This document shows, in pieces, positions 28,257 to 39,154 of a stretch of DNA of 64,000 bases. The position numbers and the translations under genes are program-made. The first letter of the stretch is position 1. Each line of letters starts with the position of its first letter. Under the pieces are notes generated by a model that saw nothing but the letters and a program-made list of their open reading frames with translations, ran no database searches and was not told where the DNA came from. This DNA comes from Pseudomonadota bacterium (GTDB lineage Bacteria > Desulfobacterota > Binatia > Binatales > Binataceae): contig JAJPIL010000023.1 of assembly GCA_021324755.1 (NCBI GenBank), forward strand, positions 28,138 through 92,137, given 5' to 3'.

Positions 28257-28493
28257 TCAAGCCGATTGCCTATAGCGCGCCAAAATCTGCATGATTCTGT
28301 CCTTGGAGGCTAATTTGAGCTTTTGGAGCCGCTTTTCTTCCATTTCCTCTTCACGTGTCAGGTAGAGTTTTTTGCGCAAAGCCTCGAGCCTACGCTTAAG
28401 CTCAAGATGTTCGTCGTAGGCGGCGCGCAACTCTTCGTCGTGCGCTACATGTTCCTGAATAAGCCGCTCCTCTCGCGCCTCCATCGAACGCAT
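28257..28493 (-). CDS. DUF465 (YdcH-like) small coiled-coil protein
   Basis: 78 aa with HDEELRAAYDEHLELKRRLEALRKK...KDRIMQIL, matching the DUF465 pattern. Confidence 0.6.
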   Translation of the reverse strand: MRSMEAREERLIQEHVAHDEELRAAYDEHLELKRRLEALRKKLYLTREEEMEEKRLQKLKLASKDRIMQILARYRQSA

Positions 28494-28502
28494 ACCTCCC
28501 GG

Positions 28503-29297
28503 CTATTTTGACTTCGACTCTTCAATCGGGGCGGGCCGGAATTTTTCTGCATCACGTACCTGTGGTTCCCGCACGTAATGTGGCTCAAGGGAATGCAGCG
28601 GGTCGTTGTGTCCACGCTTTATACGGGCGGCCCCGATCGCAGCCAACGCTTTGCCTAAACTAGACAGGTCGTCGCACCATCTGACTTCTTTTGCCCCACC
28701 ATTAGCTTGACAAAGTTCTCCGGCAAGGCCTGCAAGAGAGGGTTCGCCAATGAGCAGGATTGTCGTTTTTTCGTAACATCGCGAGGCCATAGCCGAAGCG
28801 TTCAAAACGAGCTCGTCGCTGTCTCGGCTAAGCCCCAGTTGGTCGAATCTGTAGAAGGCCGTATAAAATTCACCTCGCCGTGCGTCGATTACTGGGCATA
28901 CGGTAGTGCCAATGCTCACGTTGTCGTTATCGAGAGCGCATACAGCAAGGCTGTCGAGGCTGCTTACCCCTGCAATTGGGCAACGCACGGCAAAGGCAAC
29001 TCCCTTAGCATAACTAAGCCCGATTCTTACTCCGGTGAAGGAGCCTGGCCCAATCCCCACTGCCACACCAGCTAATTCGCGGAGCTTAACTCCCGCCCTC
29101 TCAAGTGCTTCTTTTACGGCGCCGGGCAACTGTGCGGCGTGGGATTTGCTGAGAATCTGTACTTGCGCCACGCATCGCCCGTTGAGAGCGACGCTGGCCA
29201 CAAGCCGGGCCGTCGAAGTGTCAAGCGCAAGTATAGGGCCGAGGCTTTCTGCTTCGGCCAGCAATAAGTCAGCCTTGTGCAAGACGAGTGAGGTCAT
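28503..29297 (-). CDS. tsaB: tRNA threonylcarbamoyladenosine biosynthesis protein TsaB
   Basis: YeaZ/TsaB family (ILALDTSTARLVASVAL...GPGSFTGVRIG). It may start about 20 aa downstream of the annotated Met. Confidence 0.8.
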   Translation of the reverse strand: MTSLVLHKADLLLAEAESLGPILALDTSTARLVASVALNGRCVAQVQILSKSHAAQLPGAVKEALERAGVKLRELAGVAVGIGPGSFTGVRIGLSYAKGVAFAVRCPIAGVSSLDSLAVCALDNDNVSIGTTVCPVIDARRGEFYTAFYRFDQLGLSRDSDELVLNASAMASRCYEKTTILLIGEPSLAGLAGELCQANGGAKEVRWCDDLSSLGKALAAIGAARIKRGHNDPLHSLEPHYVREPQVRDAEKFRPAPIEESKSK

Positions 29298-30615
29298 TGA
29301 AAATCACGAAAGCCATCAATGCCATCAAAAGAAAAAGTCCTACCTGCTGTGCAAGCTCGCGATGGCGCACTTGTAAAGGCCGTCCCCGCACGCCCTCGAT
29401 CAAGAAAAACAGCAGATGGCCGCCATCCAGCATGGGAATCGGAAACAAATTTATCACGCCCAGTTCCAGACTTAGCATTGCCATGAAAAGTCCCAGGTTC
29501 GCCAAACCCTGATGGGCTTGTTCGCCCGCCAGTCGGGCGATCATAATCGGGCCACCGAGCGTTTCGCGAAGCGGGGTCGCGCCGGTAAAAATCCTGGCAA
29601 GTCCCAGAATAAGCGTGCCCGCCATCCTAGCGCTTTCCAGTACTCCCTGAACTGCCGCACTTACAGGACCGAACCGTTTGACGGTGCTGTCTCCTCGAGG
29701 CAGCACTCCAATCATCCAGATTCCGGCGTTGCTCGAAGCGAGGCCTTTTGCGGTGTCGCGGACGGGCCTTACCGTTGCGCTAAGTTTAAGGGTCGTCCCA
29801 CCTTCAGCTCGTTCGTACTCTATCAGCAAAGGACGTCCGCCGCTTGACCTGACAGCACGTGACAGTTCGTCCCAAGTGGCGATCTTTTGCTGGTTGACAG
29901 CCACAATTCGATCGCCCGGGCGAAGTCCGGCTTGCTCAGCGGGAAGCCCAGGTTTAACCTCTCCGACGACCGGGAGCAACACGGGAATGCCGTACGCGAA
30001 GACTGCCGTCAAAATCACCGGAACGAAAAGGATGTTGGCAAGCGGGCCAGCCAGCACTATAGCTACCCGTTTGCGCAGCGGTTGGGTTGGAAACGCCTCT
30101 TGCCGGACCGCATCGAGCAGCTCCGGTGCAGGCGTCAGGCTAAGTGAATCAAGCGCCGCCTCAATCGATCCTTGCCGAACTATCTCTTCGAGCAGTAGAC
30201 GTTCTTCGGTGCGCAAATGAGCTTTCCCGCTCAATAGCGTTTTCGCAAGCTCAACGCTCGCTGAAGCCGCGGACTTGCTCCAACCCTTTCGCTGTTCAGG
30301 CCCACCGTGGCCGCCGCCCGATGCCTTTGTAACGATATCCTTGAGAAGCTCGCTCAAGTAGGTCCTGATGTCTGAAGGCGAAAGCTCTTCGCCTACCTCG
30401 TCGCCGAGCATCCGTACATAGCCGCCGAACGGAGTTGCGCTTAGCATGTATTCGGTCTGTCCCAAGCGGATGCCGAAGATCTTGGGCGGGTAACCGATCG
30501 AGAAGCGCAGCACGCGTACACCAGCGCGCTTGGCGGCCAGAAAATGGCCCATTTCGTGCACGACTATCAAAAGGGCGAGAACACCGACCGCAGCGATAAT
30601 TGAGAGCAGCATCAA
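29269..30615 (-). CDS. rseP: RIP metalloprotease RseP (site-2 protease)
   Basis: HEMGH zinc motif, PDZ domain and C-terminal LDGG motif. 448 aa. Confidence 0.9.
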   Translation of the reverse strand: MMLLSIIAAVGVLALLIVVHEMGHFLAAKRAGVRVLRFSIGYPPKIFGIRLGQTEYMLSATPFGGYVRMLGDEVGEELSPSDIRTYLSELLKDIVTKASGGGHGGPEQRKGWSKSAASASVELAKTLLSGKAHLRTEERLLLEEIVRQGSIEAALDSLSLTPAPELLDAVRQEAFPTQPLRKRVAIVLAGPLANILFVPVILTAVFAYGIPVLLPVVGEVKPGLPAEQAGLRPGDRIVAVNQQKIATWDELSRAVRSSGGRPLLIEYERAEGGTTLKLSATVRPVRDTAKGLASSNAGIWMIGVLPRGDSTVKRFGPVSAAVQGVLESARMAGTLILGLARIFTGATPLRETLGGPIMIARLAGEQAHQGLANLGLFMAMLSLELGVINLFPIPMLDGGHLLFFLIEGVRGRPLQVRHRELAQQVGLFLLMALMAFVIFNDLTRLAQG

Positions 30616-30653
30616 ACGCCAACGGCGACCTTAATTATTCAAAGCCAGAGCTA

Positions 30654-31433
30654 TCAGCCCAAATAATAGTAAGCAAATATTGTCGCAAAAACTAGGCTGT
30701 CAGCTCGGTCAAGCAATCCCCCGTGACCCGGGAAGAGGCTACCTGACTCCTTTAAGCGCGCCAGTCGTTTGAGGGCCGATTCCACCAAATCGCCAACTTG
30801 AGCCGAAAAATTGAGCCCCGCAATACTCGAAAGCAAAGTCTTGAAATCGGTCTGCGGCATCATCCATCGCCACCATATCCAGGCGAAAAGCAAGTTCGAG
30901 CCCAGCGAGGCTAAGGCCCCTTCTACAGTTTTATTCGGGCTTACTCTCGGCAGCAACTTGATCGAGCCCCAACGCGTGCCAGCGAAATAGGCGGCGGAGT
31001 CACCGATTACGACGAGCAAGATTACCAGAAGCATCGTTTTGATTCCGCCGGCGCGATTTCTGAGTAGTGCGAAGTATGGAAAAAGAGCTGACACATAGAG
31101 CGGGCCCAAAAACGGCAGAATCGCGCGGCCTAGTTGCCAATCCCCTCCCTTCACTGCCACGCCGCAGGTCAGTAGAAGTAACGCGCTCACCACGGCGCAA
31201 ACGAGACTTGTGCTTCCGCTTTGACGAAGTACGAACAGTGCAATCGACAAGCTGGCGATAAAAAGAGCCACCGAAACAGGAGTTTTACAGTTACAGAAAG
31301 CAATAACTTCGGCCAGCCCAATAGCGGTTGCGCAGAGAACTAGCGCGGTGAATAGGCTTTTTGGTAGGGCATATACTGCCAACAAAAACGCAGGCAGCGC
31401 AACTAGGGCAGTTAAAACTCTAGTTCGCAGCAC
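30654..31433 (-). CDS. cdsA: phosphatidate cytidylyltransferase
   Basis: 259 aa polytopic protein with the CdsA C-terminal signature (SxxKRxxGxKDxGxxxPGHGGxxDRxDS). Confidence 0.85.
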   Translation of the reverse strand: MLRTRVLTALVALPAFLLAVYALPKSLFTALVLCATAIGLAEVIAFCNCKTPVSVALFIASLSIALFVLRQSGSTSLVCAVVSALLLLTCGVAVKGGDWQLGRAILPFLGPLYVSALFPYFALLRNRAGGIKTMLLVILLVVIGDSAAYFAGTRWGSIKLLPRVSPNKTVEGALASLGSNLLFAWIWWRWMMPQTDFKTLLSSIAGLNFSAQVGDLVESALKRLARLKESGSLFPGHGGLLDRADSLVFATIFAYYYLG

Positions 31434-32208
31434 GCGCTGGAACGCCCGAAGTGGGCACCGTGCCGAAGCGGCGTTCGCGACTTTGGTAAGCGACCAATGC
31501 GTTTAAAAATTCGCGCTCGCCGAAGTCCGGCCACAGAGTATCAGTAAAATACAACTCGGTGTAAGCCAGCTGGAAAAGAAGGAAGTTTGAAAGCCTGAGC
31601 TCGCCAGAGGTTCTAATTAGAAGGTCAGGGTCAGGCAACGAAGCCGTATATAGGCGACTAGCGAACAATTGCTCGTCGATCTGCTCAGGGTCAAGCTTTC
31701 CCTGGGCGACTTCGCGCGCCAAGCTTCTGACCGCTCGCACGATCTCTTGCCTTCCTCCGTAGGACAAAGCCAGCGCCAAAGTCATCGAGCGGTTGCCCGC
31801 CGTCACTCGCATCGTTTCTTCCAGCACCTCTCTGACCGAGGCGGGCAAGCGTTCCATTTCTCCTAGCACAATTAGCTTTATGTCGCGCTTGCAAAGCCGC
31901 TTGGCCTCGGTCATCAAATAGCGCCGCAAGAGCGCCATCAGAAAATTCACCTCGCGCGCGGGACGCTGCCAGTTCTCATTAGAGAAAGCAAACAAAGTGA
32001 GATAGGGAATACCAAGGTCACGAGCGACTTCGACTACGGTGCGAGCCGAGTCTTTGCCGCGCTGATGGCCTTGCAAGCGCGAAAGGCCTCTGCGAGTGGC
32101 CCATCGCCCGTTGCCATCCATCACGATGGCGACGTGTCGTGGCAGGCGCTGCGGATCGAGCAATACCGACGGATCGGTCTGGTTATCTACGTCTGGCGAA
32201 TTCCCCAC
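31420..32208 (-). CDS. uppS: isoprenyl transferase / undecaprenyl diphosphate synthase
   Basis: cis-prenyltransferase motifs (HVAIVMDGNGRWA; RTSGELRLSNFLLFQ). Confidence 0.9.
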   Translation of the reverse strand: MGNSPDVDNQTDPSVLLDPQRLPRHVAIVMDGNGRWATRRGLSRLQGHQRGKDSARTVVEVARDLGIPYLTLFAFSNENWQRPAREVNFLMALLRRYLMTEAKRLCKRDIKLIVLGEMERLPASVREVLEETMRVTAGNRSMTLALALSYGGRQEIVRAVRSLAREVAQGKLDPEQIDEQLFASRLYTASLPDPDLLIRTSGELRLSNFLLFQLAYTELYFTDTLWPDFGEREFLNALVAYQSRERRFGTVPTSGVPARAAN

Positions 32209-32256
32209 GGAAATAGCTCAGCAGATTTGTAGCACGTGGCGGGCACGCTAGCCCTT

Positions 32257-32829
32257 TTATACCTGCATTATTTCCGCTTCTTTTGCTGCGAGGATCTGGT
32301 CTATTTTGGCGATTTCTCCTGTGGTCAGTTGCTGAATTTTAGCTTCTGCGCTTCTTAACTCGTCTTCCCCAATTTGCTTGGACTTATGCAGCTCCCGCAG
32401 CTTTTCGTTGGCTTCGCGCCGATGGTTGCGCACGGAGACTCTGAACTCTTCCGCTATCTTGCGCACGTGCTTGACTAGCTCACGTCTACGTTCTTCACTG
32501 AGCTCGGGGATTGGAACTCGGATGATTTTTCCGTCGTTGCTCGGCGTAAGTCCCAGGTCGGACGACAAAATCGCCTTTTCTATCTCGGAGAGAAGGTTTT
32601 TGTCGTATGGGGTCACTACTATAAGGCGCGTTTCCGGCGCGGCCAAACCAGCCAGCTGCTTAAGAGGCATCTTGGTGCCATAACAATTCACCATGATTCC
32701 CTCCAGAAGCGCCGTCGAGGCGCGGCCGCTACGCACGCGCGAAAGCTCGTGGCGAAACGCATTGACGGCCTGCTCCATTTCGCGTCTTGCTTGCTCAATA
32801 ATTTGGTCTTTTGAGAGGTCTGTGGCCAT
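32257..32829 (-). CDS. frr: ribosome recycling factor
   Basis: 190 aa RRF family. It lies in the conserved rpsB-tsf-pyrH-frr block. Confidence 0.9.
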   Translation of the reverse strand: MATDLSKDQIIEQARREMEQAVNAFRHELSRVRSGRASTALLEGIMVNCYGTKMPLKQLAGLAAPETRLIVVTPYDKNLLSEIEKAILSSDLGLTPSNDGKIIRVPIPELSEERRRELVKHVRKIAEEFRVSVRNHRREANEKLRELHKSKQIGEDELRSAEAKIQQLTTGEIAKIDQILAAKEAEIMQV

Positions 32830-32832
32830 GGT

Positions 32833-33582
32833 TTATGGCCCCTCGTCAACTAATGTTCCCACTGGCTCGCCCAAAACAGCACGTTTTATGTTTCCTGCCT
32901 GCTTTAGGTTGAATACTATAATGGGCAGGCGACAGTCCATACAGAGCGAGATCGCCGCCGCGTCCATCACTTTGAGGTTATGGGTCAGGACGTCGATGTA
33001 AGTCAGATGTTCGTACCGTCGCGCTCCCGCATATACGAGCGGGTCGCGGTCATAAATTCCGTCGACGTCATGACTAGCCTTGAGAATTATCTCGGCGTCG
33101 ATTTCAGCTGCCCTCAGGCTTGCCGCAGTATCGGTGCTAAAGTATGGGTTACCGGTGCCCGCGGCGAATACCACGACGCGGCCTTTTTCCAGATGGCGCA
33201 CTGCGCGCCGTCGGATATACGGCTCGCATACCGCCTGCATCTGAATAGCCGAAAGAACGCGAGTGGTGACGCCGATTTGCTCCAACGTGTCCTGCAAGGC
33301 GAGCGCATTGATCACCGTGGCCAGCATTCCCATGTAGTCGGCGGTTGCGCGGTCCATCCCATTGCGTTCATAGGTCTGGCCGCGCACGATGTTGCCGCCA
33401 CCGATCACGATTGCCACTTGCACGCCCATCGCGACGACCTCTTTAATCTCCAGCGCGATGGCTCGCACTCGCTCGGGATCGATACCGAAGCTCGAAGCTG
33501 GGGCAAGCGCCTGTCCCGACAGTTTCAGCATTATGCGACGAAACCGTGGGGTACCAACCTTTTTCGGTTCAGCGTCAACCAT
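32833..33582 (-). CDS. pyrH: UMP kinase
   Basis: Amino-acid kinase fold with the UMPK signature (LKLSGQAL; [13 protein letters not shown]). Confidence 0.9.
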   Translation of the reverse strand: MVDAEPKKVGTPRFRRIMLKLSGQALAPASSFGIDPERVRAIALEIKEVVAMGVQVAIVIGGGNIVRGQTYERNGMDRATADYMGMLATVINALALQDTLEQIGVTTRVLSAIQMQAVCEPYIRRRAVRHLEKGRVVVFAAGTGNPYFSTDTAASLRAAEIDAEIILKASHDVDGIYDRDPLVYAGARRYEHLTYIDVLTHNLKVMDAAAISLCMDCRLPIIVFNLKQAGNIKRAVLGEPVGTLVDEGP

Positions 33583-33661
33583 CGATTTTATTCCGCCGCG
33601 ACTTACGTTTACTCAATCGCCTGCAGCAGCTTTTTGCGGCATTTAGCTTTCTAAAACTATC

Positions 33662-34273
33662 TTACTCCGCTCCTCCATCCAATGATTCCCCCAGCTGGAA
33701 GCGCACGAAGCGGCGCACCTCTATCTTTTCGCCGAATTTAGCCGCGTACTCCGCCAATAAATCCTTCACCGTGCGCGCTGGATCACGCATATATCCCTGT
33801 TCTACCAGGCAAATTTCGCGCAGAAACTTTTCCAAGCGTCCTTCAACGATCTTTTCAACCACCGCAGGCGGTTTTCCAGCTGCCTGGGCCGCGTATATTT
33901 CGCGCTCGCGTTGTAAAATTTCCGCTGGCACTTGCTCGCGCGAAACGTAGCGGGGATTAGCTGCCGCCACTTGCATGGCGATCTCTCTCACCAGCGTTTG
34001 AAATTCGGGTGTTTTGGCGACGAAGTCCGTCTCGCAGTTCACCTCGACTAGAACGCCTAGCTTGCCACCGGTGTGGATGTACGCCCCGATGGCGCCTTCG
34101 GAGGCTACCCTGCTGGCGCGCTTGGCCGCCTGAGCGATGCCTTTTTCGCGCAACCATATGACGGCCTTTTCGAGATCGCCTTGAGTTTCGGCAAGCGCTT
34201 TCTTGCAGTCCATCACACCCGCGCCTGTTTTCTCGCGCAGCGTTTTTATAAGCTCAGGGGTGATCTCAGCCAT
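33662..34273 (-). CDS. tsf: elongation factor Ts (short form)
   Basis: 203 aa with the UBA-like N-terminus ([20 protein letters not shown]) and EF-Ts core. Confidence 0.9.
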   Translation of the reverse strand: MAEITPELIKTLREKTGAGVMDCKKALAETQGDLEKAVIWLREKGIAQAAKRASRVASEGAIGAYIHTGGKLGVLVEVNCETDFVAKTPEFQTLVREIAMQVAAANPRYVSREQVPAEILQREREIYAAQAAGKPPAVVEKIVEGRLEKFLREICLVEQGYMRDPARTVKDLLAEYAAKFGEKIEVRRFVRFQLGESLDGGAE

Positions 34274-34593
34274 TCGAGTTTCTTCTCCTATGGTTGGCCG
34301 TACTCAACGTCGGAACTTAGGGGCGCCCTCTAAAAAGTTCAAAGCAAAATCTTTACTGACGCAACGCTCCTTGAAAAGTTTATTGCATCCACATGAGTCG
34401 GCAACTATGCATGCCCGCACCATTCGTTTTTCTTAATAGAATCTATTGCTCGACGCTTCGCTAGTCCCTGGCAACCGAAGAACGTGGGATGCAATCTCAG
34501 TGCCCTGTGCTTGTGTCGGTACCGATGACCGATCGCTAAGCCAAAATAGCTCGCCCCAGACAAGCAAGACGGATTAATTCGGCTCGCCCGACG

Positions 34594-35364
34594 TCAGACT
34601 GGAGCAGGCGTTTCAGGCGCAGATCCGCTGATCTCTTCGCTCGTCTCCTGTTCGGCCTTTTGTCGTTCCTCAAGAATTTGTCGCCCTTCGAGATAGGCGT
34701 CAGCGATAGCGCTGGTAAAAAGTTTGATTGCCCTTATTGCGTCGTCATTGCCAGGGATGCGGTAAGTGATTAGGTCGGGGTCGCAATTGGTGTCTACCAC
34801 TGCGACGACTGGAATATTTAGGCGATTTGCCTCGGCGACGGCGATGTGCTCAACCACGGTATCGATCACGAACAGCGCGTCGGGCAGCTTGCGCATCGCT
34901 TTTATTCCGCCCAAGGTGCTCATCAGTTTTCTATACTCTCGGGCGTAGCGGTTCATCTCCTTTTTGGTTAGCGCCTCCTGCATCTGCGGGTCGTTCATGA
35001 TCTCCTCGACCTTTTTGAGGCGCTCGATCGAGCTGCGCACGGTTTGGAAGTTGGTCAGCATCCCCCCGAGCCATCGGTTGTTCACGTAGAACGCTCCGCA
35101 ACGCTCGGCCTCTTCTCGGATTATGTCTTGGGCTTGCTTCTTGGTGCCTACCATCAAGAGCGTGCCCCCAGCCGCCCCGAGGTCCCTGACGAAGTTGTAC
35201 GCCTCGCGAAACAGTTTGACGGTTTGTTGTAGATCAATGATATGGATGCCATTGCGGGCGCCAAAGATGTAAGGTTTCATCTTGGGATTCCACCGGCTCG
35301 TCTGATGGCCGAAGTGGACGCCCGCCTCAAGAAGCTGCTTCATGGTGATTTCTGTCATAGTCAA
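34594..35364 (-). CDS. rpsB: 30S ribosomal protein S2
   Basis: 256 aa with S2 family signatures ([12 protein letters not shown]). Confidence 0.9.
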   Translation of the reverse strand: MTMTEITMKQLLEAGVHFGHQTSRWNPKMKPYIFGARNGIHIIDLQQTVKLFREAYNFVRDLGAAGGTLLMVGTKKQAQDIIREEAERCGAFYVNNRWLGGMLTNFQTVRSSIERLKKVEEIMNDPQMQEALTKKEMNRYAREYRKLMSTLGGIKAMRKLPDALFVIDTVVEHIAVAEANRLNIPVVAVVDTNCDPDLITYRIPGNDDAIRAIKLFTSAIADAYLEGRQILEERQKAEQETSEEISGSAPETPAPV

Positions 35365-35461
35365 ATACCCTGTCTAGCTAACTGAATCTTTCTCGCTGAG
35401 TCGGGATCGCCAAGCGCAAAAGAAACTCTCACGCCTAACAGTGGTTTCTCCTTCGTGCTAG

Positions 35462-36946
35462 CTAATTATTCATCGACTCCAGAAACTCTTCGTTCGTCTT
35501 CGTTCCCTGCATCTTATCGAGCAGAAACTCCATGGCCTCGACCGCGTTGAGCTGCGAGAGGAGCTTGCGCAATATCCAGACCCGGTTCAGGACCGTGCGC
35601 GGAAGCAGAAGTTCTTCTTTGCGGGTAGAGGAGCGCTGGATATCGATCGTGGGGAATATACGCTTTTCAAGCAGCCTGCGATCAAGCGCTATTTGCTGAT
35701 TGCCGGTTCCCTTGAACTCCTCGAAGATTACTTCGTCCATCCGGCTGCCGGTGTCAACCAAGGCGGTAGCGATAATCGTAAGACTGCCCCCGTCTTCGGT
35801 GTTTCGGGCCGCGCCGAAGAATTTTTTGGGCTTGTGCAAAGCATTTGAGTCAACGCCACCAGAGAGAATCTTTCCGGAAGGTGGCGAAACCGTGTTATAG
35901 GCGCGTGCCAAACGGGTGATCGAGTCAAGCAAAATTACCACGTCCCGTCCATGTTCTACCAGTCGACGCGCTTTTTCGATAACCATCTCTGCAACCTGAA
36001 CGTGGCGAGATGCGGGCTCGTCGAAGGTCGAGCTTACCACCTCGCCCTTGACCGACCGTAACATGTCGGTGACTTCTTCGGGCCGCTCGTCGACCAGCAG
36101 AACGATCAGGATAATTTCAGGATGGTTGTGCGCGATAGCCTTGGCGATCGCCTGCAGCATCATCGTCTTGCCGGTGAACGGCGCCGCCACGATCAGGCCG
36201 CGCTGACCCTTGCCGATCGGGGCAATAAGGTCAATTATGCGCGTGGTGTAGTCCTCCGGATCGTATTCAAGCTTAATCCGTTCGCTAGGATAAAGCGGCG
36301 TAAGGTTGTCAAATAGTATTTTGTCGCGCGCTTTCTCCGGATCTTCGTAGTTGATGGATTCGACTTTGAGAAGGGCAAAGTAACGCTCACCCTCCTTGGG
36401 TGGGCGGATCAAACCCGACACAATATCGCCCGTCCGAAGGTTGAACTTCCGGATTTGACTGGGCGAAACGTAGATATCGTCAGGTCCGGGTAAATAGTTG
36501 TAGTCCGGAGCACGCAAAAAGCCGAAGCCGTCGGGAAGAATTTCAAGCACGCCCTCGCCCAGGATAGCACCTTTTTTGGCTGCTTGCGCTTGCAGGATCG
36601 CAAAAATCATCTCCTGCTTGCGCATGTTTATCGCGCCGTCGATGTTAAGCTCACGCGCTATCTGTGCAAGATCGGTGATTTTTGCACGCTTGAGCGCGGT
36701 CAAGTTAAGCACTCCAAGCTCGCCAGTGCTTTCGCTGCTGGAGCCGTTTTCGGACTCGTGCTTGACTTGTGCCTCCTGGCTCGAGGGGGTTTCTTGAGTG
36801 GTTGTTGGAGGTGTCTCCTGAGTGGCTAAGGCTGGCAAGGGTTGACCCTGGCGATTCGCTACGCCTGCCTCGCCCTCGTTAACTACAGTTTCCTCTTCTT
36901 TTTCCTTCTTGGCTACGCCTTTCGTCCTAGCCATTGGTCTCCCCAT
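35462..36946 (-). CDS. rho: transcription termination factor Rho with a ~75-aa disordered N-terminal extension
   Basis: Rho N-terminal domain, CSD-like RNA-binding domain and RecA-type ATPase with Walker A. It is preceded by a K/E/T/Q/S/P-rich low-complexity segment. Confidence 0.9.
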   Translation of the reverse strand: MGRPMARTKGVAKKEKEEETVVNEGEAGVANRQGQPLPALATQETPPTTTQETPSSQEAQVKHESENGSSSESTGELGVLNLTALKRAKITDLAQIARELNIDGAINMRKQEMIFAILQAQAAKKGAILGEGVLEILPDGFGFLRAPDYNYLPGPDDIYVSPSQIRKFNLRTGDIVSGLIRPPKEGERYFALLKVESINYEDPEKARDKILFDNLTPLYPSERIKLEYDPEDYTTRIIDLIAPIGKGQRGLIVAAPFTGKTMMLQAIAKAIAHNHPEIILIVLLVDERPEEVTDMLRSVKGEVVSSTFDEPASRHVQVAEMVIEKARRLVEHGRDVVILLDSITRLARAYNTVSPPSGKILSGGVDSNALHKPKKFFGAARNTEDGGSLTIIATALVDTGSRMDEVIFEEFKGTGNQQIALDRRLLEKRIFPTIDIQRSSTRKEELLLPRTVLNRVWILRKLLSQLNAVEAMEFLLDKMQGTKTNEEFLESMNN

Positions 36947-37420
36947 TAAAACAGCTACTTGTGCAAGATGGTGACTTTAAGGATTGGGAAATCAAACAGT
37001 TCGGGCGACAAGCCCCATCACGGGTGAGCTTACCGCTCAATCAATGCTCCTATGAATCGGAGGACTCACTTAACGAATTAAAGCCTGGGGAACCGCAGAG
37101 GGTTGGGGGCTGGTTTAAGCGCGCCTGTCGAGCCCACGTAAATCAGGCCTACCCATGAACGCTAACTATAAGATAACCTCGCTCAGAGCTAAAGTCAACC
37201 TGGATTCTAACTTGGCTTACTTGCTCGCGTTTTTACGTCCGAGACTACGAACTTAGCGCTATCCACAGCGTCGCCTAAGCTCTAAGTATCGCTAACTTCC
37301 TTCGTGTTTCAAGCAGTTTCTTACGAGTCCTCGTCGGTGTCCCCAAAGTTCAAGTGTCTCGGTCTGGCTATCGACTTGCCATTTGCGCAACGTTCAACGA
37401 CTGTCCACAGGGCACAGGTG

Positions 37421-38521
37421 TCATAGCCCGTCGATAGCGCCATCGCATTGCCAAAGCTTTATTCTCGCGTCATCAACTGCTAGCCCGCAAAGCTCAAAAA
37501 ATCGTATGAAGTCGTCAGGCAAAGGTGCTACAAAGCGCATTCGTTCGTCGGTTCGCGGATGGTTAAAGGACAATGCAAGAGAGTGCAGCGCTTGGCGGGT
37601 GAAGGGACATTCGGTCAAAACTTTTGCGGGCTTCAGTCCGCCGTACAGGGCATCGCCCAGGCAGGGATGGCCAATGGAGGCCAGGTGCACTCTGATTTGA
37701 TGGGTTCTGCCGGTCTCGGGAACCACACGCACCAGCGTTGCGTGTTGGGGCATGCTGGCATTTGAGCGTAGCTCGAAGCGTTCCAGCACCGTCACGCGAG
37801 ATACTGCGGGGCGCAAACGGTTGGAGCGCACGGACATTCGGACGCGGTCGACCGGATGGCGTCCCAGCGCTCGAGCGATCGTTTGTTCTTGGCGGCTCAC
37901 CCGGCCGCTTACAACCGCCAGGTATACTTTGCTAGTGGTACGCTCTTTGAACTGCCGCGCCAGCGATGCGCGCGCGTAGGCAGTCCGAGCGACCACCATC
38001 ACGCCCGAAGTATCCTTGTCGAGCCGGTGAACGATTCCGGGCCGAACCATGCCGTCTTCTTCAACCATCGTGGCAAGCTCCGGATGACGTGCCATGAGCA
38101 CATCGACCAAGCTCGGGTACGGGTAGTTTGGCGCAGGATGTACCGCCAGGCCCGGAGGTTTATTCACCACGATTACGTCGTCATCGACGTACAGCTCCTC
38201 GACTTCGGGCAGCTCGCCTTGCCAGCTCGTTCGCTCGACCGCGGGCGCTTTGGGCAGGCTTATCTCGACGCGGTCGCCTGCGCGCACGGTTGCGGCTGCG
38301 CGTCCCGGCGCTCCATTGAGCTTTACCAGACCGGCGCGGATCACTCGCGCCACGCGCGAGCGCGAGATCGCCGGCGACAGACTAGTCGCCAAAAAAACGT
38401 CCAGCCGATAACCTGCGTACCGCTTGTCGACGATCAAAACTAGCGGTTCGCCCGCCGTGACCTCGGCTTGGGTCGCGGCTATTCGGGACGAATTTGTTTG
38501 GACGTCAAACGAGGCCAACAC
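37421..38521 (-). CDS. rluD: RluA-family 23S rRNA pseudouridine synthase (RluD-like)
   Basis: S4 domain followed by a catalytic core with HRLDKDTSG. 366 aa. Confidence 0.8.
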   Translation of the reverse strand: MLASFDVQTNSSRIAATQAEVTAGEPLVLIVDKRYAGYRLDVFLATSLSPAISRSRVARVIRAGLVKLNGAPGRAAATVRAGDRVEISLPKAPAVERTSWQGELPEVEELYVDDDVIVVNKPPGLAVHPAPNYPYPSLVDVLMARHPELATMVEEDGMVRPGIVHRLDKDTSGVMVVARTAYARASLARQFKERTTSKVYLAVVSGRVSRQEQTIARALGRHPVDRVRMSVRSNRLRPAVSRVTVLERFELRSNASMPQHATLVRVVPETGRTHQIRVHLASIGHPCLGDALYGGLKPAKVLTECPFTRQALHSLALSFNHPRTDERMRFVAPLPDDFIRFFELCGLAVDDARIKLWQCDGAIDGL

Positions 38522-38524
38522 CTA

Positions 38525-39142
38525 CTAGTTCGTTTGCTCCTCCATAAAAAAGGGCACGGGGTGCAAACGCTCATAAGCTTCGATTTGCGCGCTATAAACC
38601 AGCGTCAGGCCGATGTCGTCTAGACCCTCGAGCAGGCGGCGCTTTTGAAATGGTTCTATATCGAAGCGCGCCTCAAGACCTTCCTTATCGGTCACCGTCT
38701 GGTCTTCCAGATCGACCGTCAGGCGATAGCCGCTCCCGCTGAGAGCTCGCTCCATGATTCGATGCACGGTTTGCGGGTCGAGCACCACCGGAAGCAGTCC
38801 GTTTTTAAAACAGTTGGTGCGGAAGATATCGGCGAATGACGGGGCGATGATGGCTCGAAACCCAAAATCGTCAAGCGCCCACACCGCATGTTCTCGCGAG
38901 CTACCACATCCAAAATTGGCGCCCGTGACGAGAATCGACGCGCCTTGATACTGGGGCAAGTTTAGCACGAAATCTGCCACTTCGCGGCCGTCTGGCGTAA
39001 ATCGCCAGCCGTAAAAGAGCCCGGCCTTGAGTCCTTTGCGCTCGACAGATTTCAAAAATTGCTTGGGAATAATCTGGTCGGTGTCGACGTTGTTTTTGTT
39101 GAGCGGCGCAACGAGGCCAGTTACTTTTCTAAATGCGCGCAT
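38525..39142 (-). CDS. leuD: 3-isopropylmalate dehydratase small subunit
   Basis: 205 aa aconitase swivel domain (GANFGCGSSREHA). Confidence 0.9.
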   Translation of the reverse strand: MRAFRKVTGLVAPLNKNNVDTDQIIPKQFLKSVERKGLKAGLFYGWRFTPDGREVADFVLNLPQYQGASILVTGANFGCGSSREHAVWALDDFGFRAIIAPSFADIFRTNCFKNGLLPVVLDPQTVHRIMERALSGSGYRLTVDLEDQTVTDKEGLEARFDIEPFQKRRLLEGLDDIGLTLVYSAQIEAYERLHPVPFFMEEQTN

Positions 39143-39154
39143 CGATCTCTCCCA

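Noticed and set aside
27732-28313. 193-aa plus-strand ORF in the region between the SDR gene and the DUF465 gene
   Set aside because: Low-complexity, Pro/Ala/Ser/Leu-rich translation with no domain signal. The region is more likely a decayed pseudogene remnant (discussed in the ilvN finding) than a gene.
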